Shown: positions 37,872 through 52,241 of the stretch, piece after piece
Layout of the letters: each line of letters begins with the position of its first letter
Position numbering within the stretch: the stretch's first letter is position 1
Assembly: GCA_951406725.2 (NCBI GenBank)
Contig: OX597825.1
Span: 77,066,001 to 77,130,000, forward strand
Reading direction: 5' to 3'
From: Octopus vulgaris
Lineage: Eukaryota
DNA: 64,000 nt
Notes under the pieces: model-generated
What the model was told of the DNA's origin: nothing
Databases searched by the model: none
What the model saw: only the letters and a program-made list of their open reading frames with translations
Position numbers and translations under genes: made by a program

Positions 37872-38094
37872 TTTTTTGGTGGGTGTAAAATCTAAATTTG
37901 CACTCCTAATTAATTTTCTTTGGTTAAGAAAACAAAGTGATTTGTTAAAAGTAACTTGAAGTTAAATTTATTCTTCTAGAACAAAGCACAAAAATAAATT
38001 TTAAAAAAGCAATTAAACCTTGTCTGTAATAAACTTTGCGCCTGGATTTGCACTCCCTAAGCAAATTTCGTTCCCGACGTTATCAAGTGGATGG

Positions 38095-38136
<42 letters not shown>

Positions 38137-38327
38137 ATGGGTAGACCAAATGAGATCATTAGACATGCTTGGGAATCTATATAACGGTGGATGCCTTCTA
38201 TAGGTCCCTATGAAAGGAGGTATCTGAGGACACTATCCTCACAACTCTCCCAAGGTTGTGAGGATATATGTATATATAAATAAATGAAAGAATGGAGTCA
38301 AACGAAGATGTTAACAAAATTCCTTTA

Positions 38328-38409
38328 CTCTCGACATATGTTTCGAAGACAGCATGTTTTCATTCCAAAGGAATAAAGGGTGCATTATGCAATCTTCTCA
38401 TCAGGAGAG
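38328..38409 (-). ncRNA. Type I hammerhead ribozyme motif, intact
   Basis: Minus strand: stem I CUCUC/GAGAG (extendable by CCUUU/AAAGG); core CUGAUGA; stem II GAAGA/UCUUC extended by GCAU/AUGC around a long loop; GAA; palindromic stem III ACAUAUGU; GUC. Confidence 0.9.
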
Positions 38410-38523
38410 AAAGGGAGCCTATCTCGACAACAAGATAAACAAAAATTTCGATGACTGCCTGCATGGTAAACAAAACACTCATTATCGTTTTGTTTATCAT
38501 GTAGGCAGTCATAATAAAGCAGC

Positions 38524-38590
<67 letters not shown>

Positions 38591-38595
38591 GTAGC

Positions 38596-38637
<42 letters not shown>

Positions 38638-38639
38638 TA

Positions 38640-38704
<65 letters not shown>

Positions 38705-39490
38705 CCACCACTACCACCACCTTTACAGAATTTAGTCGTTTGAAATTTAGATTTAAAATATTCCAAATTTAAAATATTATTTCAATTACGTTCTACTAGA
38801 ATATTCTTCAACAACAACAACAACAACAGCAACAACAACATGAAAGATAATACAAAATTGTAAATTTTTATTATCAGAAATGTTTTTATCAAAATCTCAC
38901 AAAAAAGAAATGGTTTTGTAATGCGTATTTTTATTTTTTTATTTTATTTCCTATAGATTATTTTCGGAAGCCCAATTCACAGAAACTCCCTTCTAAATTC
39001 TTCATTAGTTGACTAATTCTTGGTCTTTCTTATTGTTTTCCGTTTTTTTGTGTGTGTGTGTGAATGCTTTTTTTCATTTTCTTTATTTTTTATTTTTCCA
39101 TAAAATTTCAGTTTTTTTTTCTTCAATCATTTGGTGTTCTCATATCTTTGGCGCTTATTTTGTCTTCTCTCTCTCTTTCTCTCTCTCTATCCCTCTCTCT
39201 CTTTGTCCCACATTTCTCTATCACTTTTTCTTTTGTTCTTACTCTCTCTCTCTTCCTTTTATATCTGTATTACCTCTAAATTTCTCCCGAAAGTTCTCTT
39301 TTCCTCTTTTTATCTGTTTGTCTGCTTTCATTTTGTGCATGTGTGTGTGCGCGTGTGTGCGCGTGTGTGCGCGCGTGTATATATATGCGTGTGTATCAAT
39401 GTATATAAGGGAGACACTCACGCACACACAGAATCAGATTAGCAGACGGACAGATAGGTAGATATAGATAGACAAATAGAAATATCGGCA

Positions 39491-39578
<88 letters not shown>

Positions 39579-39754
39579 GAGAGAGAGAGAGTAGTTGTAA
39601 CTGTCAACTTAATATGACAGTCCCATGAAGAGAATTACACTACTGCTATTTAGCCCTAGGAAGCAGCAACGCTTCCTGTCGGCCTTGACACATTTCCTGT
39701 GTCCTTATGTTTACAAGGGGGAGATAAGCACCCTCACTCAGCTAAGTCTGCAAT

Positions 39755-39793
39755 CAGAGATTAGTTTCTGATTCTTTGTTCGTCTTCAGTCTG
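39755..39793 (-). ncRNA. Decayed hammerhead motif
   Basis: Minus strand CAGA-CUGAAGA-CGAACAAAGAAUCA-GAAACUAAUC-UCUG; stem I and core intact, stems II and III mismatched. Confidence 0.5.
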
Positions 39794-39915
39794 GAGTAGT
39801 ATGGCCAGCTAGTTGGAGATGCCTATCTAGCTCTTGTAAACATATAAGAATTCTAGTAAAATAAATCCACTGGTTACAAAAATAGAAATAATACATTTCT
39901 AAATATCTCAGAGAT

Positions 39916-40373
39916 ATTCTAGGGGCGTTTAAACCTTCTGCACGCCACTGTTCCCGGGTCCATGCATCTAAACAATTTTTTATTTTTTATTTTTTTGTCC
40001 ATTTCTCTGACGGTTGTTTGGGCAAAATCCTCAGGTATCTTCTCCATAGGATCCCATCAGATGCAACTATCGCTACACTTTCCGACGAGATTCCCAGGCG
40101 CGACCAATTGGGACTATGGATATTATCCAATCATCTCTGGATAATATCTGGCCTATTCCAAGGTCTCCTGCCATTTGGATCGGCTTGAAGAATATGTCTC
40201 GTGATTCTTTTATACCACATATTTAACCCCTACTTTTATTTGTCCCTTGTTCGATCTCAAACCATGTTTAATCGAAATATGCTCATGATTTTGGTTCAGA
40301 AACATTCTTTTAAGCATACGTCTTGTACGAGTAGAATTGACTTTTGACTTAAACAACAACAAAAACAGAAGTA
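39916..40373. repeat. Right arm of the ~450-bp inverted duplication
   Basis: Reverse complement of 37421-37871 with few differences. Confidence 0.95.
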
Positions 40374-40771
40374 TATGCAGTAGTGGTACGATAGTGTGAT
40401 TGCAGAGGGTGAAAGAAAAGATAAAGTAAAAAGAGGATAGAGAGAAGGATGCGTAGATGGCGATAGATTGGAGAGGAAAAAATTTAATAGTCTGAAAAAG
40501 GCACCATCTGTGCCCTTGAGCAAGCGCGCATGTGCGGTCAAGAAACGCAAGGTAGGGAGAGATGTACATGGAAGAGAGAGATCCCAACAGTAATCGCTGT
40601 CTCTCTTCTTCTCTCTCTCTCTCTCTTTGTTGGGTAGATATTATTTAACTAAACATAGACACACATAGAGGTATACGCATACGCAAATGAAGACACATAC
40701 AATAGAAATACAAAATATGACTGGCCGTTAGTAAGGAGAGACACACAAACAAGAAAGAAGAAAGCAAAGGA

Positions 40772-40811
40772 CCACTGATGAGGTCACAGGAGTGTGACGA
40801 AAGAACTCTGG
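40772..40811 (+). ncRNA. Minimal hammerhead motif
   Basis: CCA-CUGAUGA-G-GUCAC-AGGAGU-GUGAC-GAA-AGAACU-C-UGG: stem I CCA/UGG, perfect 5-bp stem II, near-palindromic stem III, CUC triplet. Confidence 0.65.
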
Positions 40812-41863
40812 CCGAAATAAGATTAAGATTAATGTAAAAAATAAATAACGCTGAAGCAAAGTAACACCAAATATATAGTGCATGTGTTTTTATTGGCTAA
40901 ACTGGCAAAATAACCATTCTTAAATACAACAATATATATATGCAAATTTTGTTGTGTCTGGGGAGAGGCATTTTGTCTTTATGACTTATTAACTAACACA
41001 CTCAACGGTTCGATTTCCACTCAATTTATTTATTTATATATCTATTTTTTTCTTCCAGAATTTCGTTGCTTCTCTGTCCGTTATCGGAGCTGCTTCAACA
41101 TACCAATTGGCATAAAGAATCTTGCGAAACCAGACACAAAAATGAAGTGTATATATATATGCATGTATGTATATACGCTAATTTATTTGTGGGTTAACAA
41201 GACTACAGCTGATTTCAAAGTCGAAAATTTTCAGCAATCCGTACCAATAATCATCTTCCCATGAGGCAGGTTTAATAATTGCTAAGGATTTTCGGTATGA
41301 AACGAATGGTAATCTTGATAACATAGAAATAATGCATACACACACACGCACACATGTATTTATACATATATACAGTGAGACAGAGCGAGAGAGTGAGAAA
41401 GAGAGAGAAAGAGAGAGAGGGAGAGAGATAGAGAGAGAGAAAAACAGATAGAGATATACATATTAAAGTCTAGAAGTAAATTCACCATTTCCATTAATGG
41501 CAAGATAGCTATATCATTAGCACAAAATGTTCGCTCATTCTCATATGGGAGGTGGCGGGAGGGAGCTCAAAGAAATCTTGAAATATAGTCTATCTGGAGA
41601 CACGACTTGTTGACCACAATGACACCATCTTAACTGGCTGTACAAACAATAATTACAGATCAACAAATAAAATGCAATGGTTTCAGTGTGGATAGCATTG
41701 ATACCTTGCTTCAGGCTATAGACACAATTAATCTCCATTTATTGTTTTCGTCACGGTAAAACATATTAATGACGAGAATAAAAACATGGTAAATATGTAT
41801 GTATATATATACACATGTATGTATGTATGTATATGTATATATATGTATATATATATGTGTATA

Positions 41864-41903
<40 letters not shown>

Positions 41904-41913
41904 TATATATATG

Positions 41914-41974
<61 letters not shown>

Positions 41975-43138
41975 GTATATATATATTCGTATGCATACAT
42001 ACATACATACATACATACATAAATACATACATACATAAATACATACATACATACATACATACATACAATGCCCTAAGTTAAGCCTGCGATTTGATTACTG
42101 GTCACGCATGTGTATATCATTAATCGAGAAAACACAAATAGTATTCGGCCATTCTCAGGAGAAAGACTCAAGGAACGTCCTGCAGGTCTGTCTGACTGGA
42201 GGGACAAGCAGTTAATTTTGATGCCACCATCTTAACTTGAACAACTAATAAGCTCACCTCAGTAAAAAAAAACACACAAATATTCCAAAATATTTCAGTG
42301 TCGACAACGTGTGATCATGGCTTCCAGGTATGGTCTCGGAGGATCTTGGTTTTCTGTGCTTTTTAATTAACGATGAAATTTGTAAATATAATAAAAATAA
42401 AACAATAGGAAAGTCAGAAATGAAAGTGAAACTATATATATATAAAAAATCGAGTTGGGGAAACGTAAAATATATTTAATTTCCTGCACAGAAACAAGTG
42501 TAGATGTATGTATATATACGTATCTTGCCCTTATATCTTAGTTGTTTCAGTGATTGGATAGCGGTCAAGCTGGGGCAACGCCTTGGAGAACTTCAAGTCG
42601 AACAAATCGATTCTAGTACTTCGTTTTTAAGCCAAATACTTATTCCATCGATCTCTTTTGTTGGACAGCTATATTACAGTAAAAAAACTGACAAAGGTTT
42701 TTAAGCGGTAATGGAAGACAATCACACGCACAAAGACACAAACACACTCACGCACACATACAAAATTAGTGGAACCCTACAAGAACGAGAGTTCCAATGA
42801 CGGCCGACCCATAAGACACGGGTTTATACAGGTAAGATACGAAAGGTTCACCATTCACCAATACACGCACATAAAGAAACACATAAACCTGGTACTTATT
42901 TTATCGGTGTCTTTTGCCTTATCATTACGTTACGTAAACACACCGACACCGGTTGTCAGTTGTAGAAGATATTTGCCCAAGATGCCACGCAGTGAGACTG
43001 AACACTGAAGCCAGAACCAAGCGCTTGGGACGCAAACTTCTTACCACACAGCCACACCTATACATGCTTACATACACACACATACATACATGCATACATA
43101 CATAATATATACATACATTATATATGTATGTATATATA

Positions 43139-43186
<48 letters not shown>

Positions 43187-43203
43187 ATATATATATATGT
43201 ATA

Positions 43204-43419
43204 TACTTTTTACTTTTTTACTCTTTACTTGTTTCGGTCATGTGACTGTGGACATGCTGGAGCACCGCCTTTAGTCGAGCAAATCGGCCCCAGGACCTAT
43301 TCTTTGTAAGCCTAGTACTTATTCTATCGGTCTCTTTTGCCGAACCGCTGAGATACGGGGACGTAAACACACCACCATCGGTTGTCAAGTGATGTTGGGG
43401 GACAAACACAGGCACACAG

Positions 43420-43452
<33 letters not shown>

Positions 43453-43634
43453 TATATATATATATATACACATATATACGACGGGCTTCTTTCAGTTTCC
43501 GTCTACCAAATCCACTCACAAGGCTTTGGTCGGCTCGAGGCTATAGTAGAAGACACTTGCCCAAGGTGCCACGCAGTGGGACCGAACCCGGAACCATGTG
43601 GTTGGTAAGTAAGCTACTTACCACGCAGCCACTC
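43204..43634 (-). mobile_element. SINE family A, near full-length
   Basis: Matches 14124-14584; further degenerate pieces at about 42525-43060. Confidence 0.9.
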
Positions 43635-44696
43635 ATATATATGTATGTATGTATGTTTATATGTATATAGACACTATACATGCGTAAATGAACTCATTCA
43701 TACCTATACACGCAGTTATGCCATAATTAATATATATTTTTGTAGTGACACAATCCTTACGTTTTTGTTCGATGTAAAAAAAAAAAAAAAGAAAGAAAAA
43801 CAACAACATAGCTTTTCATTTCTGATTTCTGCTTTTTCTGCTTTTCTGCATTATCGATCTAATAATAGGGATTCGATATGTCATATTGAAAAATTGTGTT
43901 TATTGTTAAGATTAACAAGACAAGAATGTGTGGGATATAGCAGAATACCGAATGGAATTGACAGGACAGATTAATTCAAAGATTTTAGTTCTGTCTCTCT
44001 ATCTTTCTGTCCTTCTGTCTCTTAGTTCGTTTGTCTCTCTCTCCTTCTGTCTGGCTGTCTGGCTGTCTATCTATCAGTCTGTCTGTCTGTCTGTCTGTCT
44101 CTGTCTTTCTCTCCCTATCTCTCTCACCCCTCCTCTTTCTCTCTTTCTTTTTGTGAAAGATCTTCCTTGTAAGTTGAGTATTGCTACGGTTTGTGGTGTC
44201 GTGGGATGTGCTGTGATTTCTTGTGTTTTTATGCGATGTGTTGCGATGTGCTGTGATATGTTGAGATGTGTTGTGAGATGCGTTGTGATATGTTGTGTTG
44301 GTGCTGTGGTTTGCTGGGATGTTTTGCGATGTGTTTTGCGATGTTTCGGTGTGTCGTGGTGTAATATGCCGGTTATTTGTTGTGAAATGCCTGATGTGTT
44401 GTGACGCTTTGACCGAGCAGGCTTGTAATTATGGGAATTCCTTCAATGGCCTTTTTAAGCGTATATAGAGATATTGGTTTCATAGTTTGCAACAAGGCCA
44501 GAAGCGTATGCAATAATATTATTATCTGATATGAGCTTTACTTCTACAAAGGGTAATGTGTGGAATTTGAAGGAGATTTGACTAATATTTCCGGTAGCTT
44601 GAGAGACCATGTAGAATTTCCTACGTTGACTGAGCATTATGGAAAAAGGTTTCCTCGTTTCCCGAGAGACCGCGTAAGGGATTCTTCATTGACTAA

Positions 44697-44943
44697 TACA
44701 ATTACAATGAAAACAGTGATCAATATATCTTCATACTTTATATTTCTACAGTCAGCTATACAAAATATTTGGTTTACGCGTGTCCGATGTACGTTTCTGC
44801 AACATTGACAACCAGCCAGCAATTGCAAGATGTCCTGCAGCAGAAACGGGCGTCGGACACATTTGAATCAAATATGCTGTATAATTGACTGCAGAAAAAA
44901 AAAATTATGCAGATGAACTAATCTCCGGATTAATTGCAATTGT
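44697..44943. repeat. Degenerate foldback hairpin
   Basis: TTCTACAGTCAGCTATACAAAATATTTGGTTT...GTGTCCGATGTACGTTTCTGC versus GCAGAAACGGGCGTCGGACAC...AATCAAATATGCTGTATAATTGACTGCAGAA. Confidence 0.8.
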
Positions 44944-45389
44944 TTTGGATATACACTCAGTAAAAAATTTTAATCCAGCTAAGTGAACCCAGGATTAAAT
45001 TCGTTGGAATTGCTTACTGTTAGTAACTTAAGTGCCCCTTACAAGTCGTTGCGGTTAGCCATAACCTGGATTATAAGTGAGTACTAGTACGGTACCCGCC
45101 TGGATAATTTATCCCTATCTATTCATTATACTCTTTTATACGTTTCAACCCAAAGGCTGTGGCCATGGAGGAGCACCGCCAATATAATCACCTTTTCAAT
45201 GGCCATTCTTATGGTCATTTTAGTGAAGGAGGGAGTTCGACATTGCTACTCTCTGTTGAGCTTCTTGCTGTTAGATAGGTTCATTTGGAACCTTGGATCA
45301 TTGTAGGAGGTCAAGTTGTTCCTTGATGTTTTAGCAAGGCATTAAATAACTGTGGTCCCTTGAATCCCAGGCTGCTGCAGTACATGGCC

Positions 45390-45428
<39 letters not shown>

Positions 45429-45459
45429 GTGTGTGTCTGTGTCTGTGTATATATATATA

Positions 45460-45501
<42 letters not shown>

Positions 45502-46415
45502 CACACATAACTTTGATTTTGTGTCTATCCTCCATCACTGCTTGAAAACCGGTGTTAGTTGGTTTACGTACCCGCAACTTATCAGTTCGGCAATAAGAGA
45601 AAGGTAGACTAAGTACCAGGCTTAAACGCAAATACTGAGATCGATTTCTTCGATAAAACCCTTCAAGGCGGTGCTCCAGCATGGCCGCAATCCAGAAGCC
45701 GTTTAAGAATTTGGTTATAACATAAAAATGGCAATTACTAGAAACTGAAACAAATGGATTTGACGGATTTTTAAATTAAAATCTCAGACCAAATTTGAAT
45801 AAAAGTTTCATTTATATAATTCTTAATAAAAGGTATATATTCTAAATTAAAAGAATTGATTTCTTCACCGAAATATTCCAATTCTTTTGCCATTAAACGA
45901 TATTCCACATTTAGCAAATTTTATACCTATGTAATTTTGGAAACTAAAGGAGCAAAAATTTCGAAAACAAAGAAGTTAATATTTTAATTGTGAAAATATA
46001 AATTTAATTTTATAGATTTATAGATATAGATGTTGTCATCGCTATTAATACTGACAGGTTTTAAAAGAATTATTTTGAAATAATAATCTATGGGACTGAA
46101 TTACATGCGAAGGAAATAAGATATAATGAAATATCGACCAACACACGTTGAACAATAGAAAATAGATCGAGAAAGTGTATAAAGAAATGAAATAATTAAC
46201 AATTTTATTTGCAATGAATGGCATAGCGTAAATATAGTACGCCTTGTGAAATTTTCTATTAAACAGTATATATGGCATAGAAAAAAGAGTAAAGTGAAAA
46301 AGAAAAAAAACGAAAAATCGAAATAAATTTGCAAAATTTAAAGATACCTAGAAATAGTTAATGGCTATTTAAAACAATGTAAAAATTAGGAATAAACAAT
46401 CAATTATTCATAGAA

Positions 46416-46806
46416 TACGAGGGTGGGCTGAAAAGTTCATAGGCTGATTATGAAGGAGTGACGCTAGGGCTGGGAAATCTTGCATGCGTTAATTTCAATT
46501 CTTCTTCTTAATAACTGCATTGTTTCTTTCCAGGTAAACTGACATCTGACTGTTGAAAGAAGACTTCAAAAGTAACTACTCTTTATTCTCTTTTACTCTT
46601 TTTGCCTGCTTCAGTCATTTGGCTGTGGCCATGCTGGAGCACCACCTTTAGTCGAGAAAATCGACCCCAGGACTTATTCTTCGTAAGCCTAGTAGTTATT
46701 CTATCAGTCTCTTTTGCCGAACCGCTAAGTTACGGGGACGTAAACACGCCGGCATCGGTTGTCAAGCGATGTTGGGTGACAAACACAGACACACAAACGT
46801 ATACAC

Positions 46807-46846
<40 letters not shown>

Positions 46847-46847
46847 T

Positions 46848-46881
<34 letters not shown>

Positions 46882-47300
46882 CATATATATACGACGGGCC
46901 TCTTTCAGTTTCCGTTTACCAAATCCACTCACAAGGCTTTGGTCTGCCCGAGGTTATAGTAGAAGACACTTGCCCAAGGTGCCACACAGTGGGACTGAAC
47001 CACTGAACTAGTAGACATTTCTCTCGAAAATGAACAGAATTTGCTATTGTAGTATTATTAAATATCTGCAGAAAATGGGTTTAGCCGCCAAGAACATTCA
47101 TGCTGATATGGTCCCTACATTAGGGGATGATGGTCCAGCTTTTTCAACAGTGTAGAAGTAGGCAGCTGAATTTAGGGCGATAAAGGAGAGTACTCAAGAT
47201 TACCTAAGGCCTGGGTGTCCTGCAACTGCTACCATTGAAGAAAACATTGGCCATGTTCACCAAAAGGTGACAGATGACAGGCGACTGACCATTAACACAT
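46416..47300 (+). mobile_element. Mariner 5' fragment interrupted by a SINE A (46577-47001, minus)
   Basis: TA-CGAGGGTGGGCTGAAAAGTTC TIR-like start; ATG 47030 MNRICYCSIIKYLQKMGLAAKNIHADMVPTLGDDGPAFSTV...RPGCPATATIEENI...DRRLT. A second copy of the same end lies at about 15072-15150. Confidence 0.88.
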
Positions 47301-48466
47301 GACGTGAAAAGCTGGGTTTTTGCTAGGTTGGAGATTTTTTATTAAATTACAAAATACGTTCTCTAATACGACTCGCAGCATATGTATTATATACATAGGT
47401 AGGTATGTGAATGACTGTGTGTGTGTGTATATGTGTGTGAGTGTGTGTGTGTGAGTGTGAGTGTGTGTCTCTATGTGTGTCTGTGTGTCAGTGTGTTGTG
47501 TGTCTGTGTGTGTGATACAAACACACTACCCCACCACAGACATATATATATAGAGAGAGAGACAGACAGACAGAAACGGATATTCTGAGAATTATTTCCA
47601 TAGCGTCTCTGAGTGTATTTTTTCTTATCTGCTTTCAAATATATTTCGTATTATTTTCAAACTGTTTGGTGTTACATGACCGTAAATACTGTTCTACATC
47701 CATTGTTGGAATATAAAGACTTCATGAAGACGTGCGGAGTCTTATTGAAACACGTTATTGTAATGCAAACTTTTTAACCATTCCACTACACTGAATCCAC
47801 AATATACATATAGACATTGATTCTTATATAAAAATATACATACATACACACATAAATATACATGTATACATATGTGTGTATATATACATATATGTATGTA
47901 TATATATATACATATGTGTATGTATATATATATATACATATATATTATTAAAATCATAATTATGGGTATCTAAAAATACCGTCATGCTAGAGATAGCAGT
48001 CAAAACTTTGCTCTAAAAGTTCGGGTGGGGAAGAATAGAATAGTTTCAGGGTGGATCTATTAAAGATAGAAGGATATTTATGTTGCCGAGAGAAGTTAGA
48101 GTCTAGTATTTTAGAGAAGGATTTAGCTAAGTTCTTAACGTTAAGTGAGAATGGAGGGGGTGTTCCACCGAATACAGCATACGCCGCTTTTTTTAAGGGT
48201 GTTTGGGAGTAGTACTATGTTTTTTTATAAAGGAGTGCTATGTGCTATCTATATTTTGAAGAATGGAGGTGGGTGGCAAGGCCTGTTGTTAGCTGTTTTA
48301 GTTGTTTCAGTTTTTGACCTTGTGTTAAATGTATGTTCGTGGGGTCTAAGTTGCCTAGATGTAAGGCCTTCCAGGGTTCTATCAACAAGTGTGTGTAGTT
48401 GATTGCGCTTGTGATGGTTGGTGCGTCTTTGAGATGTGATATATATATATATATATATAGGTAGAT

Positions 48467-48507
<41 letters not shown>

Positions 48508-49166
48508 TGTAATCATAAGATCCAAGGATCTAAGTGTAGGAAGTTTGTTAGCTTCGAGCAGTCAGTGGTAGGTATGAAACACAACGTTCAGGAAAAATAA
48601 TAAATCTTTGGCGTTGAAGGTTGTATGCTTTTCCCAGATATCTTCTGCCTGATGGGTAGCTAGCTGAGTACCCCCTCATTGAGTAATTATTACATCAGAG
48701 GATCTGCTGACTAGTAAACGTATGTAGCCTGAATTTTACCACCTCCACTTTTTACCAGAACGCAAAACATCCAGGCAGTTAAGTGATACAAAAAATGGAC
48801 ACCAAAACATCCAGATAGACGATACAAAGAAAACAAGGACAGGCATTTCGGAGTTTTCTTTCCTCAGTCGAGTTCCAGATTATCTTTGCAATTTCGGCTG
48901 ATTATACTCGAGATTGCTCCAATCTGGCCAGCCCCAAAGAGAACCTAAGCGCTATGAGCATTAGATTTCTTGAAAGAAAGCAGAGAATGTATACGAAAAC
49001 AAGAACGGGGGAAAAAACGGAGAAAATGTTACACAAATACAAATAACAGGACATAACAACAGGTGCTACACACACACACACACACGTATATATATATTTG
49101 ACGTTTCGAGCATATATACATGTCCATATATCCATATACATAAATATGTATACATACATACATACA

Positions 49167-49226
<60 letters not shown>

Positions 49227-49809
49227 AACGTATACTCACACACACAGAAACACAAACGTATAAATATACAATCACGTAACTCCCACACATAGATTCACGC
49301 ATGCGCACACCTTATACACCTATCAGACCTATAAACTGAACAAAACAGACGGCTCGCGGGAAGGAATTGCTTTTAATCAGACTTGAATATATTTGAAAGA
49401 CAAGACGCTCTGCTATTATTCTCTGCTGGCTTAGAACTACCATTTCTATTGAAGAACCCACGTTGCAGGGGTTGCCATTTGACAAGGTGAATGCTTCGAT
49501 GACTAAAGTAATTCTAGAAGAATTAAATGAAGAATTTGTTTAGCAACTAAGATGTCATCTCATATCGAACGATGATTGAGTTAGTGCTAAATTTTATGCG
49601 GGAATCGATAATTTTCTCAACGGACTCAATCATAAAGCATTTAAAAAATATTGTTTGTTAGTTGCTTGTCTTTCTTATTGTTGTTATTTAAACTCGTAGG
49701 AAATTTGATTAAGAAATGCGAGAATAACAATAACAATAGCAAAAGTGATTTAAAACGATAACACCACCACCACCACCACCACCACCACCACCACCACCAC
49801 CACCACCAC

Positions 49810-49843
<34 letters not shown>

Positions 49844-49937
49844 AAACAACAAAAACAACAACAACAACAACAACAATAATAATAATAAAGACACAAGCAG
49901 CAAAAATAGGGGCCTGCCATTATTATTATTATTATTA

Positions 49938-49986
<49 letters not shown>

Positions 49987-50013
49987 GTTTTTTCCTTCTT
50001 TCTTCAAATTTTC

Positions 50014-50070
<57 letters not shown>

Positions 50071-50422
50071 TTAACACCATAATCCCAATGAAGATGAACA
50101 TCATTGTGGTTGTCGTCGTCGTTTTCCTCATCCCCCTCCTCCTCCTCCTCCTCATCATCATCATCATCATTATTATTATTAGTAGTAGTAGTAGTAGCAG
50201 TAGTAGTATGTCAGATTGATTATGTATGGTTTTATGGTTTTCACATGACTTGTCGATGTGTAAACACTCGGATTGTTGGATTAAAAAGGAAAATATATAA
50301 AATAAAGTTGTGATTGTGAATTTAATGAACTGTGATAATTAGTAATTAAATATGTAAACTGGAAAATAGAGAGACGTATATAAACAAATATAGGCCGACA
50401 ACAACAACTACATCAATATTAA

Positions 50423-50945
50423 TGTGACTGTGTGGTAAGAGCTTTGCTTCCCAACCACATGGTTCCGGGTTCAGTCCCACTACTTGGTACCTTGGGCAGG
50501 TATTTTTCTGCTACAGCCTCGGGCCGACCAAAGCCATGTGAGAAGATGTGATAGACGGAAACTGGAAGAATCCTGTGGAATACACACACATACACTTACA
50601 TACACATATGTGTGTGTGTGTGTCTGTGTATGTCTTTGTGCCGGTAAAGACGGACAAAATGCCACTAAGCGTTTCGTCCGGCGCGCCACCGATTCTGCCA
50701 GCTCGCCGCCTTCATATGTATCACTAATGTCACTTCTACTCTAGGCACAAGGCCTGAAATTTGAAGGGAGGGGGACAAGTCGATTACATCAACCCCAGTG
50801 TTTTACTGGTACTTAATTTATCGACCCCGAAAGTATGAAAGGCAAAGTCGACCTCGGCGAAATTTGAACCCAAAACGTAAAGATGGACAAAATACCGCTA
50901 AACGTTTCGCCCGGCGCGCTACCGATTCTGCCAGCTCGCCACATT
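50423..50945. mobile_element. SINE A head (plus) followed by SINE B copies (minus)
   Basis: GTGACTGTGTGGTAAGAG...GACGGAAACTG; two B heads ending CTGCCAGCTCGCC at about 50710 and 50940. Confidence 0.8.
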
Positions 50946-51490
50946 CATATGTATCACCGATATCAACAACAATATTAACATAAAAATTACAGAATCAGAA
51001 TAATAATCACACTGATGTAAATAACATCAACAAGAAGAAGAACAATATTAATGTCGTGAGGCAATATTCACCCTCAAATTAACATGGATGTTCTATTAGA
51101 ACAATCTTTACTGCGGTAGTTGCTATGAGAATAAACTCTCATATTGGATATTTTGGTTCAAAATGCAGTCTTCTTTCTTATGCTGGTGGGGAGATAAACA
51201 AGATTGCATTTTGCACCAGAAAAGCCTGTGTGAGAGTTTCTCTCGTGGCTTCTGCTGCAGTATAGTTTGTTCTAACATAACATCTACGTTCAAGTGGAGA
51301 TAGATTTTAACTCTCGGCATTAATACGGCCTCTGCTGTCGCTAATATATATATATATATAATGCTAACATCAACATTAACATTGAAATCTAACATCGAAC
51401 ATTGGCATAAACATCATCGACGTCATTAACAGCGTCAAAAACGAACTTGAACGTAAAATTAATCAATTAAATTAAACAAAGAGTACGATA

Positions 51491-51658
51491 GGCGCAGGAG
51501 TGGCTGTGTGGTAAGTAGCTTGCTTACCAACCATATGGTTTCCGGGTTCAGTCCCACTTCATGGCACCTTGGGCAAGTGTCTTCTACTATAGCCTCGGGC
51601 CGACCCAAGCCTTGTGAGTGGATTTGGTAGACGGAAACTGAAAGAAGCCCGTCGTATA

Positions 51659-51689
<31 letters not shown>

Positions 51690-51720
51690 GTTTTTGTGTT
51701 TATGTTTGTCCCCCCCAACA
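51491..51720 (+). mobile_element. SINE family A 5' half
   Basis: GGCGCAGGAGTGGCTGTGTGGTAAGTAGCTTGC...GAAGCCCGTCG(TA)n. Confidence 0.9.
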
Positions 51721-52009
51721 TCAAACTTTTGTGACTATCACCCCATATGATTCGGTACAATTAAATGCACATTTACATATATAGACATACACGCACACTC
51801 ACACACATCAGGACGTCACTTAGCATTGCAGGTGGAGTGAGTGCCTTTATGGTATGTATGGTAATATACACAAAATTTAACAACGGCTTTTATAATTACA
51901 TTTTGGTTTATGGGTCATAATCTACATGCATAGGTGGTATATATTTAGTTTTGTTTATTTATTTATTCACATTTTAAAGTCTATAAGTAATGTCGATATT
52001 ATTGTAGTA

Positions 52010-52241
52010 GGCGGTGAGCTGTCAGAATCGTTAGCACGCCTGGCGAAATGCGTAGCCGTATTTCGTCTGCCGTTACGTTCTGAGTTCAAATTCTGCCGAG
52101 TTCGACTTTGCCTTTCATCCTTTCGGGGTCGATAAATAAAGTACCAGTTTCGCACTGGGGTCTATGCAATCGACATAATCCCTTTGTCTGTCCTTGTTTG
52201 TCCCCTCTATGTTTAGCTCTTTGTGGACAATAAAGAAATAG
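52010..52241 (+). mobile_element. SINE family B
   Basis: GGCGGTGAGCTGTCAGAATCG...AAAGAAATAG, flanked by an approximate TTATTGTAGTAG direct repeat. Confidence 0.88.

Noticed and set aside
48835-48875. CUGAGGA...GAAA motif on the minus strand
   Set aside because: Stems I to III cannot be paired convincingly.
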